IMG/VR virus record: IMGVR_UViG_3300031088_000782
Location: 96,001-160,000 of that record
Origin: a virus
Taxonomy: Duplodnaviria; Caudoviricetes
DNA length: 64,000 bases
Strand: one strand, 5' to 3'
The stretch's first letter is position 1, and every line of letters begins with the position of its first letter. The position numbers and the translations under genes were made by a program. This document shows, piece after piece, positions 38,833 to 48,792 of the stretch. The notes beneath the pieces are model-generated. The model saw only the letters and a list, made by a program, of their open reading frames with translations, did no database searches and was not told where the DNA came from.

Positions 38833-40074
38833 ATGTTTAAACTAGCTCAATTAAGTGATCTACATGCTGGATATTCAGCTACAAGGTTACTTACAGCTCA
38901 AGGTCTTAACGTAAGAGAAGCTGATGGATATCTCGCTTTTTCTAAAATGGTAACGGAAATTATTGAGAATGAAGTAGATGCTGCTTTAGTATGTGGCGAC
39001 ACTTTTCATACCCCAAACCCTGATATTCGTACAATAGTTTTTGTTCAAAATCAATTTCGAAGATTATACGAAGCTGGAATTAAAGTCTATATTTTAGCCG
39101 GAAATCATGATGCTAATGACATTAAAGCAGACATTGCAGCATCAAGAGTACTTCATGACCCTTGGAAAAAAATCTATTCTCATGTTGAACCCTATGTTCA
39201 CTATGAAATAGCAGATGGAATAAATCTTCATCTTATTTCTCACCATATGTTCGAAGACCAATCATCAACAATGTCTAATGTTAAGCCGATAGATAATGAA
39301 ATTAATATTCTTGCCACTCACGGTAGTGTTTTTGATAAATATTTTCACGAAGTTCTTCATGCTGAAAAGTCTCCCCGCGAAATTGTTATCCCTGAACATT
39401 TGTTAGATGACTACAACTGGAGCTATTCTCTATTCGGACACATTCACGAAAGAGGATGGGTAGGTTCAGCAGACAAAAAAACAGACACAGCCGGATCTAA
39501 AATATACTACAATGGAAGCGCAATTCGTCGTGGATTTAGCGATGCAGATGTTCCTTTGGGTAGAGGATGGACACTATGGACGATAGATGATTTCGGAAAT
39601 TTTGAAGCTACTCCCAAAACTGTCATTCAAAGACCTCAATATGATTTTAAACAAATTGATGCAACCGGATTATCATCATCCGAAATAACAGACATGGTTA
39701 TCGAAAATCTTAAAGAAACACAAGTAAGTGGATTGGATCTCGAAGTATCAAATGCACCTATTCTCCGACAAAAGATTATAAATATCACTCCCGCAAAACA
39801 TTCTGCTTTGGATTTGAAAACTATTAGCCATAACGCTTCTCATGCTTTGTCATGGACTTTGGCGACAAAAACTGTTGCAGAAATACAGGCTGAGCAAGAA
39901 AGGCTCGATAAGAAAACAAACAGCGATAATTCAGATGTTGTCAAAGGCTACGATGAATGGATTGAAAACTCAAAATCTGTGCAAGGAGTTGAAGAACCCA
40001 TTAAAGATAAAGTTGTTCAAAACGCAAGAGACTATGTAAAACTTGGACAAGAGGAGGTACTTGATGCTGAATGA
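38833..40074 (+). CDS. SbcD/Mre11-like metallophosphoesterase nuclease
   Basis: SDLH, GDTFH, GNHD, GHIH, YNGS motifs. Confidence 0.85.
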   Translation: MFKLAQLSDLHAGYSATRLLTAQGLNVREADGYLAFSKMVTEIIENEVDAALVCGDTFHTPNPDIRTIVFVQNQFRRLYEAGIKVYILAGNHDANDIKADIAASRVLHDPWKKIYSHVEPYVHYEIADGINLHLISHHMFEDQSSTMSNVKPIDNEINILATHGSVFDKYFHEVLHAEKSPREIVIPEHLLDDYNWSYSLFGHIHERGWVGSADKKTDTAGSKIYYNGSAIRRGFSDADVPLGRGWTLWTIDDFGNFEATPKTVIQRPQYDFKQIDATGLSSSEITDMVIENLKETQVSGLDLEVSNAPILRQKIINITPAKHSALDLKTISHNASHALSWTLATKTVAEIQAEQERLDKKTNSDNSDVVKGYDEWIENSKSVQGVEEPIKDKVVQNARDYVKLGQEEVLDAE

Positions 40075-41020
40075 AGATGAGAACAAAGAGAAACCAGTAA
40101 ATGAAGAAGTAATGAAAGATTCCGCTGAAAAATCAACTGACAATAATGATGTTGTTGAAGATTCAGATAAAGATAATAATGAAACCATCAAAATAGATAG
40201 TGATGATGAAAAATCTTTCTGGACAAAGAAAAAGATTATTGCCATACTTGTTGTCATGTTGATTTTAGTTCCAGGTGTAGCAATTGGAAGCAGTTACCTC
40301 CTCTCACGATATCAATCAAATCAAACAGCTGAAACAGGACTGAAAAGCATTTCTTCTCAAAAAGGTGATATTAGAGTATCGAACACAAAACTTTCTACCT
40401 TCAAAGGGCAAAAAATATCTTCAGCAAACATTGATCAAAAATCTTTGACCAATGCATCAGGTATGGGTTCAGACTCTGCTGTTTTTGTCTTTTCGAACGG
40501 GAAAGAGAATAAAGATAAAAAGATTGTCGATGTATATTTAGATTTCAGTTCTCAAAAATCACGAGATTTCATATTACTTAATCAATCCTCACTCAAAAGG
40601 ATGGTCGAAAACAATCTAATAGAGTTAAGATTACATCCTGTACCTTCTGCTTCATCTTTTTCGATTTATGCAGCTGAAGCTATTTCTGAATCTATAGTAA
40701 CATCCCCTGACAAAACATGGGATTTTGTTATTGCGTTAATGAAGACTTCAGCAACGTTGAATACTGACAAAAATGATGATGTGATTAAAGCTGTTTTAGA
40801 TACAGTTAAAGAAGAGCGAATAGATGACGTTGATGCTGAATCAATCAAAAACGGAACATTCGCAAGCTGGATATTGGCTGTTGGTGATGATAACAAATTA
40901 AAAACAGGTTATTATCCTCCAATCATTTATTTGAATGACAAAGCCGTAGACCCTGATGATGTATTCTTGAATGACTCATCCGCTTTTCAGAAATATGTTT
41001 TAAATGAGGAGAAAAATTGA
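40064..41020 (+). CDS. DsbA-like thioredoxin-fold membrane protein lacking CxxC
   Basis: TM helix; YLDFSSQKS in place of CxxC; paralogous layout to 3207-4070; ATG after gaggagg. Confidence 0.7.
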   Translation: MLNEDENKEKPVNEEVMKDSAEKSTDNNDVVEDSDKDNNETIKIDSDDEKSFWTKKKIIAILVVMLILVPGVAIGSSYLLSRYQSNQTAETGLKSISSQKGDIRVSNTKLSTFKGQKISSANIDQKSLTNASGMGSDSAVFVFSNGKENKDKKIVDVYLDFSSQKSRDFILLNQSSLKRMVENNLIELRLHPVPSASSFSIYAAEAISESIVTSPDKTWDFVIALMKTSATLNTDKNDDVIKAVLDTVKEERIDDVDAESIKNGTFASWILAVGDDNKLKTGYYPPIIYLNDKAVDPDDVFLNDSSAFQKYVLNEEKN

Positions 41021-41925
41021 AAAAGGAATGGACAAAGAGAATAGTGTTGTTTGCTGCTTCACTGGCAATCGTTTCGTCATCAACAGTAGCACATGCTGAA
41101 ACAATCAATGAAACAGAAAAATCAACACAAAGCTCGGCAGTAAAAAATGAGAGTGCGACCAAATTAAAAACAGAACTAGTGAAATTCGATACCAGAATAA
41201 TCAAAGATAAAAATCTTCCAAAAGGTATTGAAGTAGTTGTTCAAAAAGGGACGAATGGAGAAAGAACATTCTATAAAACTTTTGACACAACAAAAGATGC
41301 AAATGGTCACATATCAGAATTTCCCGTATTCTATGATGAAATAACTACTCTCCCCACAGAAAAAGTTGTCAGACAAGGAACTAATAAAGAAATTATTGAA
41401 GGAATTTCTGACAAAACTAAAAAATTAGAAAAGAAGAAATCCGACGAAAAGAAAGCTGCAGCAAAGAGAAAAGCTGAAGAAAAAGCTCAGCAAGAGCAGG
41501 AAAGTTCAGATTCTCAATCTTCTTCAGATTCAGGAGAAAGTAATACGGTATCTCCTTTTAAAACAGAAACACAACCTGCGAAAAAACCGAATAGAAAAGT
41601 TGATGATAGTGCACCAGCAGGGCATGTGACAACACCTTCTGAAAACAGAGCATATGTTCAGTCTGTTCTTTCTCCATCTGAATTTTCTTGTGCTGACAAG
41701 CTTATTATGAGAGAATCAGGGTATCTCACAACAGCCGATAACCCTAATTCAAGCGCATATGGTGTCCCCCAAGCATTACCAGGCAGCAAAATGGCTTCTG
41801 CAGGTTCTGACTGGCGAACAAACGGAAAAACTCAGTTTAAATGGATGCAAGGTTATGTAAAAGAGCGTTATGGAAATAGCTTTTGTATAGCTCTAAACCA
41901 TAGCTATAATGTTGGATGGTACTGA
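41017..41925 (+). CDS. secreted G5-domain lytic transglycosylase (Rpf/SLT-like)
   Basis: Signal peptide; G5 (VQKGTNG..VVRQGT); RESG, AYGVPQALPGSKM, W..GY...RYG. Confidence 0.85.
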   Translation: MKKEWTKRIVLFAASLAIVSSSTVAHAETINETEKSTQSSAVKNESATKLKTELVKFDTRIIKDKNLPKGIEVVVQKGTNGERTFYKTFDTTKDANGHISEFPVFYDEITTLPTEKVVRQGTNKEIIEGISDKTKKLEKKKSDEKKAAAKRKAEEKAQQEQESSDSQSSSDSGESNTVSPFKTETQPAKKPNRKVDDSAPAGHVTTPSENRAYVQSVLSPSEFSCADKLIMRESGYLTTADNPNSSAYGVPQALPGSKMASAGSDWRTNGKTQFKWMQGYVKERYGNSFCIALNHSYNVGWY

Positions 41926-42031
41926 TTTATATTTAACAATCGTTTCTGAATATTTTAGATATGATTGATATAATGAACAAGTGCAAATAAAATCAGCAAA
42001 GAACTAACTATCTAATTCACCGGAGGAAAAT

Positions 42032-42388
42032 ATGGAATTCAATATTTACGACATTTCAGATTTAAACGAAGATGAGCTTTATGAGCTGATAGAATCATCT
42101 GAGACAGGCGAGTTGAACGAACTTGAAATGGGTTTGTCCTCCGGTGAATTACGACAGGCTATTTTAGATAGGGTTCGTGAGGATCTAAGGCAAGATGAAT
42201 TGCATTACATTAACAAAACTCTTCAGCAATTCGATTTGAACATCAACAACGAACTTCTAGAAATGGAAGACGGGAAGAAAACCATACTTGATGATGTTGA
42301 TTATCTTATTTATGAACTTTCTGACGAAGAAATAGATTCAACAATTTGGGAATTTTCATCAGAAGTTATTTACATAGGAGAAATATGA
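42032..42388 (+). CDS. highly acidic hypothetical protein
   Basis: RBS ggagga; D/E-rich 118 aa. Confidence 0.7.
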   Translation: MEFNIYDISDLNEDELYELIESSETGELNELEMGLSSGELRQAILDRVREDLRQDELHYINKTLQQFDLNINNELLEMEDGKKTILDDVDYLIYELSDEEIDSTIWEFSSEVIYIGEI

Positions 42389-42522
42389 TAACTATCAACA
42401 AAAAAAGCATTTTATCAATTATTGCTCTATCTCTTATTATTGCTGGTCTGGTTGTCGGAGCCTTAATTGGCGATAATCCAGAAACAACTATCCTGGCACC
42501 ATCATTTCTCCATATTAGATAA
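42385..42522 (+). CDS. small single-TM protein (45 aa)
   Basis: ATGA overlap with the previous stop; MITINKKSILSIIALSLIIAGLVVGALIG... Confidence 0.5.
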   Translation: MITINKKSILSIIALSLIIAGLVVGALIGDNPETTILAPSFLHIR

Positions 42523-42601
42523 AATTCAACAAACTTGACTTTTTTCAATCTCCGTTATACAATATTTTTATTAAGTTTAAATATTGTAGATAGGAAAAAT
42601 C

Positions 42602-43284
42602 TTGAAAAAGTCTTTTGTTGTTATTGCTACCATTATCACAGCAGTCACTCTATCGCTTTCTGCTTGTGATTCTTCCTTTGAAAATTCTGATTCTCTCACG
42701 CAAAGCTCTGATGTTGAGGATTCAAAAAAGTTATTGAATCCTTGAATAAAGCCCACGATATTCGAGTCAAAAAAGAAGCGTTTTCTATTGGTGATTCTTG
42801 GGTTGTTTATGTAGATGATGAACAAATTGCTGAAATCAAGGGCGAAGTTTTCCCTGTTCTTGGTGATACTTATTCAATGTATTCGAATGCTGGAAATCTT
42901 GTTGGGGCCGAAACAGAAGATTTTCTTACTCTGACTCATGGTTCAAAAACTTATGACTATATGGGAGAACAGAGGGGGTATATTAAACAAAAAGCACTCA
43001 CCTTCGGATACGATTTTGATATTTATGAAAAATTCGAAAATGTAGGAAATGTTCGACAAAAGTTTTCTCTTGGACTTCAGGCTGATATCAAAGATTCTGA
43101 TGGAAAAGTCGAATATAATGTTGATAAAGAATTTTTCTCTTTCGGAAGTGATATAACAATTTCAAAAGTGAGCACTGAAAAAGAAACATCTGTTGATGCC
43201 ATTGATGCTGTTTGGGCTACAGTTATGATGAATGAGATTGATGAAGCACAAAATTCAGATAGCGGGAACAATAACAATAAATAA
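42602..43284 (+). CDS. lipoprotein with LURP-one/tubby-like domain, split by a -1 frameshift
   Basis: ORF1 42602-42745 has lipobox LSAC; in-frame A-AAA-AAG at 42724-42730; the -1 frame continues into ORF 42742-43284 (IKGEVF..GDTY, IKQK.LTFG.DF). Confidence 0.7.
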
Positions 43285-43289
43285 CTTCT

Positions 43290-43334
43290 TCAAAGAGGGC
43301 AAGAGTATTTTCGTATATTTCTTGCCCTCTTTGA
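43290..43334 (+). terminator. terminator hairpin
   Basis: 15-bp tcaaagagggcaaga / tcttgccctctttga. Confidence 0.7.
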
Positions 43335-43438
43335 GCTTCATGGTTATTTTTAAATACACAAAAAATAACGATAAATCCTTACTTATTGATATTAGTATTA
43401 GAATATTTTGCTATAAAAAGAGTAAGGATAAACAAAGA

Positions 43439-45223
43439 ATGCTCTATACCTTAGATCTGCCGTGGGGAGTTAAACACCCTAATGTACAATACTGGAAAGA
43501 CCAAAAAATCCATGTTTATAAAGGATCCATTCTTCCTGCTGAACTACGTCCTTATGCCAGTGAAGATTTTTCCTATTCAAGATGGCGTGAAGATGAACTT
43601 AATGGAATGGTGATGCCGCCTGAAAAAAGCGGAACTAAATTTACTCCAAAACCACATCAGGAAGAAGCTGCTAAAAAGATTTATAAAGCCTACAATACCG
43701 GGCAAAGAGGACTTTTACTGGCAGACAAGACTGGAACTGGAAAAACATTGTCAGCGCTTGCCGGTGTTTCCGCAATGGCAAAACATGATGGTTTCGGAGC
43801 TAAGAACAAGGGTAAACTACTCGTTGTATGCCCTAAAGGTGTCATTCCGCAATGGCGACAGACTTTACATAATTATCCTGTCTCAACAGCTCTACTGAGA
43901 GTTATGATCATCAATTATCAACAATTAAACAAACTTCTCGAAGCTCCTGCTTCTGCACGAGTAGCGAAAAAACGACACACAAAGAATAAACAAACATCAG
44001 CTAAAGGAAAACCAACAATTGATTGGAATTATGTCATATTTGACGAAGCTCACTCGTTAAAAAATTTCCCTAAATCAACAACATCATTAGCTGCAACTAA
44101 TATTGCTAAACTTGAAAAAAAATACCGTAAAGGAATAGAACCTTTCACAATTTTCTCAACAGCAACACCAGGAGCATCACCATTGAATTTTGCTTGCATG
44201 GCAGGAATTGTTGCTCCTTTACTGTCTAATAAGGTCAGTGCAAAAGATGTTACGCCTTCAACTTGGGGAGAATTCCTCGCCCAAGAAGGATTCGCTATAT
44301 CAAAAACCAAAGCAGGGTATACTTGGGCAACAGTTCCTTGGTTCGGAAAAAACTCAGACGATCCCCGCGAAAAAAGAAAATATGATGTAGCAGTTGCAAA
44401 AGCAAAAGCGATCCAAAGAAAAGACGCACAACGAATAGGTAAAGCCTTAACAAAACCAGGTGCACCTTTCATTATGAGATCACCTAAAGATTTAGCTGGA
44501 TGGCCGGAACAGCAAGTTATACCTATGCCTATTCAGTTAACAACAAAACAAATACCCATTTATGAAGAAGCTTGGACAAGATTCAGAAACTTCCTTCGTT
44601 TGACTCCAGCTAAAAGTGATCCAAAAGGGGCATTAGTAGAAACATTGAGATATCGTCAAAAAGCTTCCTTACTGAAAGTTGACTCAATGGTTGACAACGT
44701 TGTGGAAATGGTTGAAGCAGGAAATCAAGTATATATTTCTGTTGAATTTATGGAAACAATCGACAGATACAAAGAATTACTCAACAAAAAGAAAATACTT
44801 GTTGCAGAAATGAGCGGAAGAAATGTTTCTGAAAGAGAACAAGAAAGAATTAAATTTCAAAAAGGTGAAGTTGATGTAGTTATTTGTACTGTTGTAGCTG
44901 GAATCTCTCTACATGCTGAAGAAATATTGCCTGGCGGAAATAAAGCAACTTCAACTAACAGAATAACAGTGTTGCATGATGTTCGACAAAACAATTTGGA
45001 TTCTGCACAAGCCCTCGGTAGGGCACATCGAGATGGAAAGAACAGTATTTCCTACATTCCTTTCATCGAAAAAACTGTTGAGGAAAATATTGTTCAAAGT
45101 TTTACTAACAAAACAGCTAATATGCAATCTATGACAGGATCTTCTATTGATGAGTCAGAATTAATGGAAAGACAATTTAGAGAAGCATCAGCGAAAAGCA
45201 CTCCCCCTAACAGATTCAGCTAA
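43439..45223 (+). CDS. SNF2/SF2 helicase
   Basis: LADKTGTGKT, IFDEAH, STATPG, QALGRAHRDG; likely start ATG 43439 (MLYTL). Confidence 0.85.
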   Translation: MLYTLDLPWGVKHPNVQYWKDQKIHVYKGSILPAELRPYASEDFSYSRWREDELNGMVMPPEKSGTKFTPKPHQEEAAKKIYKAYNTGQRGLLLADKTGTGKTLSALAGVSAMAKHDGFGAKNKGKLLVVCPKGVIPQWRQTLHNYPVSTALLRVMIINYQQLNKLLEAPASARVAKKRHTKNKQTSAKGKPTIDWNYVIFDEAHSLKNFPKSTTSLAATNIAKLEKKYRKGIEPFTIFSTATPGASPLNFACMAGIVAPLLSNKVSAKDVTPSTWGEFLAQEGFAISKTKAGYTWATVPWFGKNSDDPREKRKYDVAVAKAKAIQRKDAQRIGKALTKPGAPFIMRSPKDLAGWPEQQVIPMPIQLTTKQIPIYEEAWTRFRNFLRLTPAKSDPKGALVETLRYRQKASLLKVDSMVDNVVEMVEAGNQVYISVEFMETIDRYKELLNKKKILVAEMSGRNVSEREQERIKFQKGEVDVVICTVVAGISLHAEEILPGGNKATSTNRITVLHDVRQNNLDSAQALGRAHRDGKNSISYIPFIEKTVEENIVQSFTNKTANMQSMTGSSIDESELMERQFREASAKSTPPNRFS

Positions 45224-45307
45224 TTGTTTTCATTTGATTTGATAATTGGGTAAAATTGTTATAAGCAAAATCTATAAATAAGATTTTAAAGGGAGGGTGA
45301 ATTGATA

Positions 45308-47437
45308 ATGAGAAAAAGAGTCCCAACAAAAGAACAATCTTTAGGAAATAAAATGACTCCTAAAATGTTCAATGAATGGGATTCCTCAAAAAATACAAAA
45401 TCTCCTTTTGAAATTTTTGCCGGTTCTCTTGATAAAACATATTGGATATGTTCTTATTGTGAAAATGAATGGGGAACTCCAGCAAGATCGATAAAAAATG
45501 GATCTGGATGCCCTATATGTTCTAAATACAAAAAAGGGGATATTACTAAAACCCATCCTGAACTTATGCCAGAATGGAATTCTGAAAATGGAAATCCAAG
45601 ACAGTATGGAAGCGGAAGTATGAAAATTGTAAAATGGGACTGTGTTGTGTGTTTAAATACATGGGAAGCAACCATTCCATACAAAACTCGTGGTGCCAAA
45701 TGCCCTTATTGTGAAAACAATAAAGCAATTAAAGGGTTTAATGACTTACAAACTACTCATCCTGATCTTTTAAAAGAATGGGATTATGATAAAAATATTA
45801 TCGATCCAAGTTCTCTAACTTTTAAAAACGTAACGAAAGTTTGGTGGAAGTGTGAAAAAGGGCACAATTGGGAAGCAACAATTAATCAAAGAATAATAAA
45901 AAAAACCAACTGTTCTTTTTGTAGCAATAGAAAAGTTTTGGAAGGTTTTAATGATTTAAAAAGTCAGTACCCTTTTTTGGAAAAAGAATGGGATTACAAA
46001 AAGAACAAAAATTTATTACCTTCAGAAATAGTTTTTGGATCTCATATAAAAGTTTGGTGGAAATGTAGCAAAGACCATAGTTGGAAAGCAACAATAAGCC
46101 ATAGATCTCTTGATAATTCAGGATGTCCTTATTGTTCAAAGCTGAGAACAGCAATTGGTGAAAATGATATAAAAACCATTAATCCAAACTATTTAACAGA
46201 ATGGGATTATGAAAAAAATAATATATTGCCATCAAGTGTAACTTTAAATTCGAGTAAAAAAATTTGGTGGAAGTGCAAAAAAGGACACTCTTGGCAAACA
46301 GCTGTATCAGAAAGAACAAGAGGCTATTCTTGCCCCTTTTGTAAGAATCAAAAAATACTAAAAGGATTTAATGATTTAAAAACATTGCAACCAAATCTTC
46401 TTAAAGAATGGGATTATGAAAAAAATAATGTTTTTCCTGATTGTGTTGGTCAAGGGGCGAAACAAAAAGCGCATTGGATTTGTAGTAAAAATCATGAATG
46501 GGAATCATCTATTTATCATAGAGTCTTTAATAAATCGGGCTGTCCAAATTGTTATCATTTTAACAGTACTTCAAAAAGAGAAAAAGAATTACTAAAATTT
46601 ATTCAAGAAAAACTAACTAAAAACAAAATAGTTATCTTCCCAAATGATAGAACTTTAATTCATCCTTATGAGTTGGATATTTATATTCCTGAAAAGAATA
46701 TTGCTATTGAGTTCAATGGGGTTTACTGGCATAGCGAAAAAGCCGGTAAGGATAATAGCTATCATTATAATAAATGGAAGCTATGTAAAGAAAAAGGAGT
46801 TCAACTCATCACTATTTGGGAAGACGATTGGATTAATAAACAAGACGTTATCAAGTCAATGTTAAGCCATAAATTAAACTCTTCTCAAAATGACAAAGTT
46901 TATGCCAGAAAAACAGAAATTTCAGAAATTGATTATATTACTGCAAGAAACTTTTTAGACAAAAACCATATTCAAGGATCCATGTCAGGGTCAAAATATA
47001 TTTCATTGAAACACGAAAATGAAATAGTTGCTGTATCGGTATGGAAAAAGAAAGATCCATTCACTGTATACTTAGAAAGGTATGCTACTTCAAAAATTGT
47101 TGTTGGCGGAATGGGAAAATTAATTTCTTATGTTCAAAACAATACATATGTAAATCAAAATATAGTCACTTTCGCATCCCATGAAGTTAGCAATGGAAAA
47201 CTTTATGAAGATTTAGGTTTTATTAAAGACAAAGAAATACCTCCAGATTATGCATATGTTGTCAACAGTGCAAGGAAACACAAGTTTGGATACAGAAAGT
47301 CTAAATTTGAGAAAGATCCTAATTTATTATTTGATAAGAATTTAACCGAAAAAGAATTGGCTGAATTAAATGGATTATATCGAACATGGGATTGCGGGAA
47401 AACTCGATATATCCTTCACCCTAACAGATTTAGTTAA
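45308..47437 (+). CDS. zinc-ribbon-repeat endonuclease (6 repeats)
   Basis: Same architecture as 27416 and 29180; ELDIYIP..AIEFNGVYWH; ERYAT. Confidence 0.8.
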   Translation: MRKRVPTKEQSLGNKMTPKMFNEWDSSKNTKSPFEIFAGSLDKTYWICSYCENEWGTPARSIKNGSGCPICSKYKKGDITKTHPELMPEWNSENGNPRQYGSGSMKIVKWDCVVCLNTWEATIPYKTRGAKCPYCENNKAIKGFNDLQTTHPDLLKEWDYDKNIIDPSSLTFKNVTKVWWKCEKGHNWEATINQRIIKKTNCSFCSNRKVLEGFNDLKSQYPFLEKEWDYKKNKNLLPSEIVFGSHIKVWWKCSKDHSWKATISHRSLDNSGCPYCSKLRTAIGENDIKTINPNYLTEWDYEKNNILPSSVTLNSSKKIWWKCKKGHSWQTAVSERTRGYSCPFCKNQKILKGFNDLKTLQPNLLKEWDYEKNNVFPDCVGQGAKQKAHWICSKNHEWESSIYHRVFNKSGCPNCYHFNSTSKREKELLKFIQEKLTKNKIVIFPNDRTLIHPYELDIYIPEKNIAIEFNGVYWHSEKAGKDNSYHYNKWKLCKEKGVQLITIWEDDWINKQDVIKSMLSHKLNSSQNDKVYARKTEISEIDYITARNFLDKNHIQGSMSGSKYISLKHENEIVAVSVWKKKDPFTVYLERYATSKIVVGGMGKLISYVQNNTYVNQNIVTFASHEVSNGKLYEDLGFIKDKEIPPDYAYVVNSARKHKFGYRKSKFEKDPNLLFDKNLTEKELAELNGLYRTWDCGKTRYILHPNRFS

Positions 47438-47570
47438 AAATTATGTTAAAAAATGTGATTTTCGCAACATTTAAGCAATGAAGCGATAAAAACGGTTGAA
47501 AACATACCTAAACCTCTGATAATATTAATGTAAAGATAAAAATCATTAATAATCAGGGGTTTAGTGTGTA

Positions 47571-47996
47571 ATGACTGAAATAACAGCAACTAAAGAAAAT
47601 ATTTTAGAAGAAAATTCAAGTAAGATTTTTGACAACATCATGAGTATTATCAAAGATGTAAGCAAAGCAACTCGATCTTCTTATGTCAAAGAAAAAATTG
47701 TTGAACAAGAAAAATACATTTACGAAGCAAAAGTAGATAATGCTTTACATAGATTTATTCAAATTGATGAACTTTTGAAACATGCGAAACAGCCAAAATT
47801 TTATCATTCATCAGAAAAGAAACAGAAGATTGAAGAAAATTTAGCCTTTTGGGAAATTAAAAGAGAAGAAAGTATTCAGAATTTCAAGAAAATCGCTCTA
47901 TCCATTCCTGACAATATGAATAGAGATGAGATCAGCAGACTTGTTTCACTGTATTTTGAAAAGTTTGAAATTATTGCTGAAACCGAGATTATTTAA
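47571..47996 (+). CDS. hypothetical helical protein
   Basis: 141-aa ORF; its RBS lies in a 13-bp hairpin arm. Confidence 0.6.
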   Translation: MTEITATKENILEENSSKIFDNIMSIIKDVSKATRSSYVKEKIVEQEKYIYEAKVDNALHRFIQIDELLKHAKQPKFYHSSEKKQKIEENLAFWEIKREESIQNFKKIALSIPDNMNRDEISRLVSLYFEKFEIIAETEII

Positions 47997-48280
47997 TTTT
48001 TTAAAAAATATTTAATAATGATCTTGCATTCTACGATTTTATTTGTTATAATGAATTTCACAAACATATTTTGAAAATATTTCGTCAATATTTAACAAGA
48101 AAAAGTACATGTTGATATTGTATTTTTGAAATTTGTTAGAAAAAGATTTCAGCTTTTGAGAAAGAATATTTTCGAATGTTGATATTATTGAAAGTTTCTT
48201 TGATAAGATGAACTTGTCGAAGAAAAAGACAAAACGATATTAATGAGCACCAACTAATTTTTAAGAAGGAGGAACAACTA

Positions 48281-48457
48281 ATGACTACGATGATTAATTC
48301 CGTAATTACCGCGACATCAGATCGCGATCAGTTGTTCGCTCCCTCACAGCTCCCGGTGGGAAACATGCTTAATAATGGCTTTAAGCAATCAGCCGGGAAT
48401 AAATGTGAGCATAGTTGGTGCGACAGAAAACATAGTTATCATAATTTGAATAAATAA
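48281..48457 (+). CDS. small hypothetical protein (58 aa), not in the ORF track
   Basis: SD aaggagg; MTTMINSV...KCEHSWCDRKHSYHNLNK. Confidence 0.45.
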   Translation: MTTMINSVITATSDRDQLFAPSQLPVGNMLNNGFKQSAGNKCEHSWCDRKHSYHNLNK

Positions 48458-48596
48458 GTTTTCTACTCAGGTCATAAACGCACAAGACCTGCCACCAAAT
48501 AAAAATTCCCTTGGAAACAGGGTTGAAATGTGCAAATCCCTTAAAAAACAAAGTAAAAAGAAATAAATTTAATAATATTTTTGTTAAGGACTGTCC

Positions 48597-48792
48597 CAGA
48601 GTTGACACGAGAGAAAAATATGTTAAACTGATTTCTACAAAACTGAATAAAGGGAATTCTTAATACAAAGACTTTCCTTACAGCATTTGACTTGAAAGAG
48701 AAAAATGTGTTATAGTTACGAATAGCAATCAAATTATATAAAATATTGATGACTGACACAGAGTTGACACGAGATAATGAATGTGATAAGAT
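48597..48792 (+). promoter_or_regulatory. tandem sigma-A promoters sharing the 16-bp direct repeat cagagttgacacgaga
   Basis: Repeats at 48597 and 48759; TTGACA-16-TAAACT and TTGACA-17-TAAGAT; upstream of the tRNA array. Confidence 0.7.

Noticed and set aside
43232-43438. N-terminal extension of the SNF2 helicase in the ORF track
   Set aside because: It crosses the previous gene's end and a terminator; ATG 43439 has an RBS.
576-47437. Dozens of 60-140 aa antisense or alternate-frame ORFs in the ORF track
   Set aside because: They overlap well-supported long genes, lack an RBS and show no motifs.
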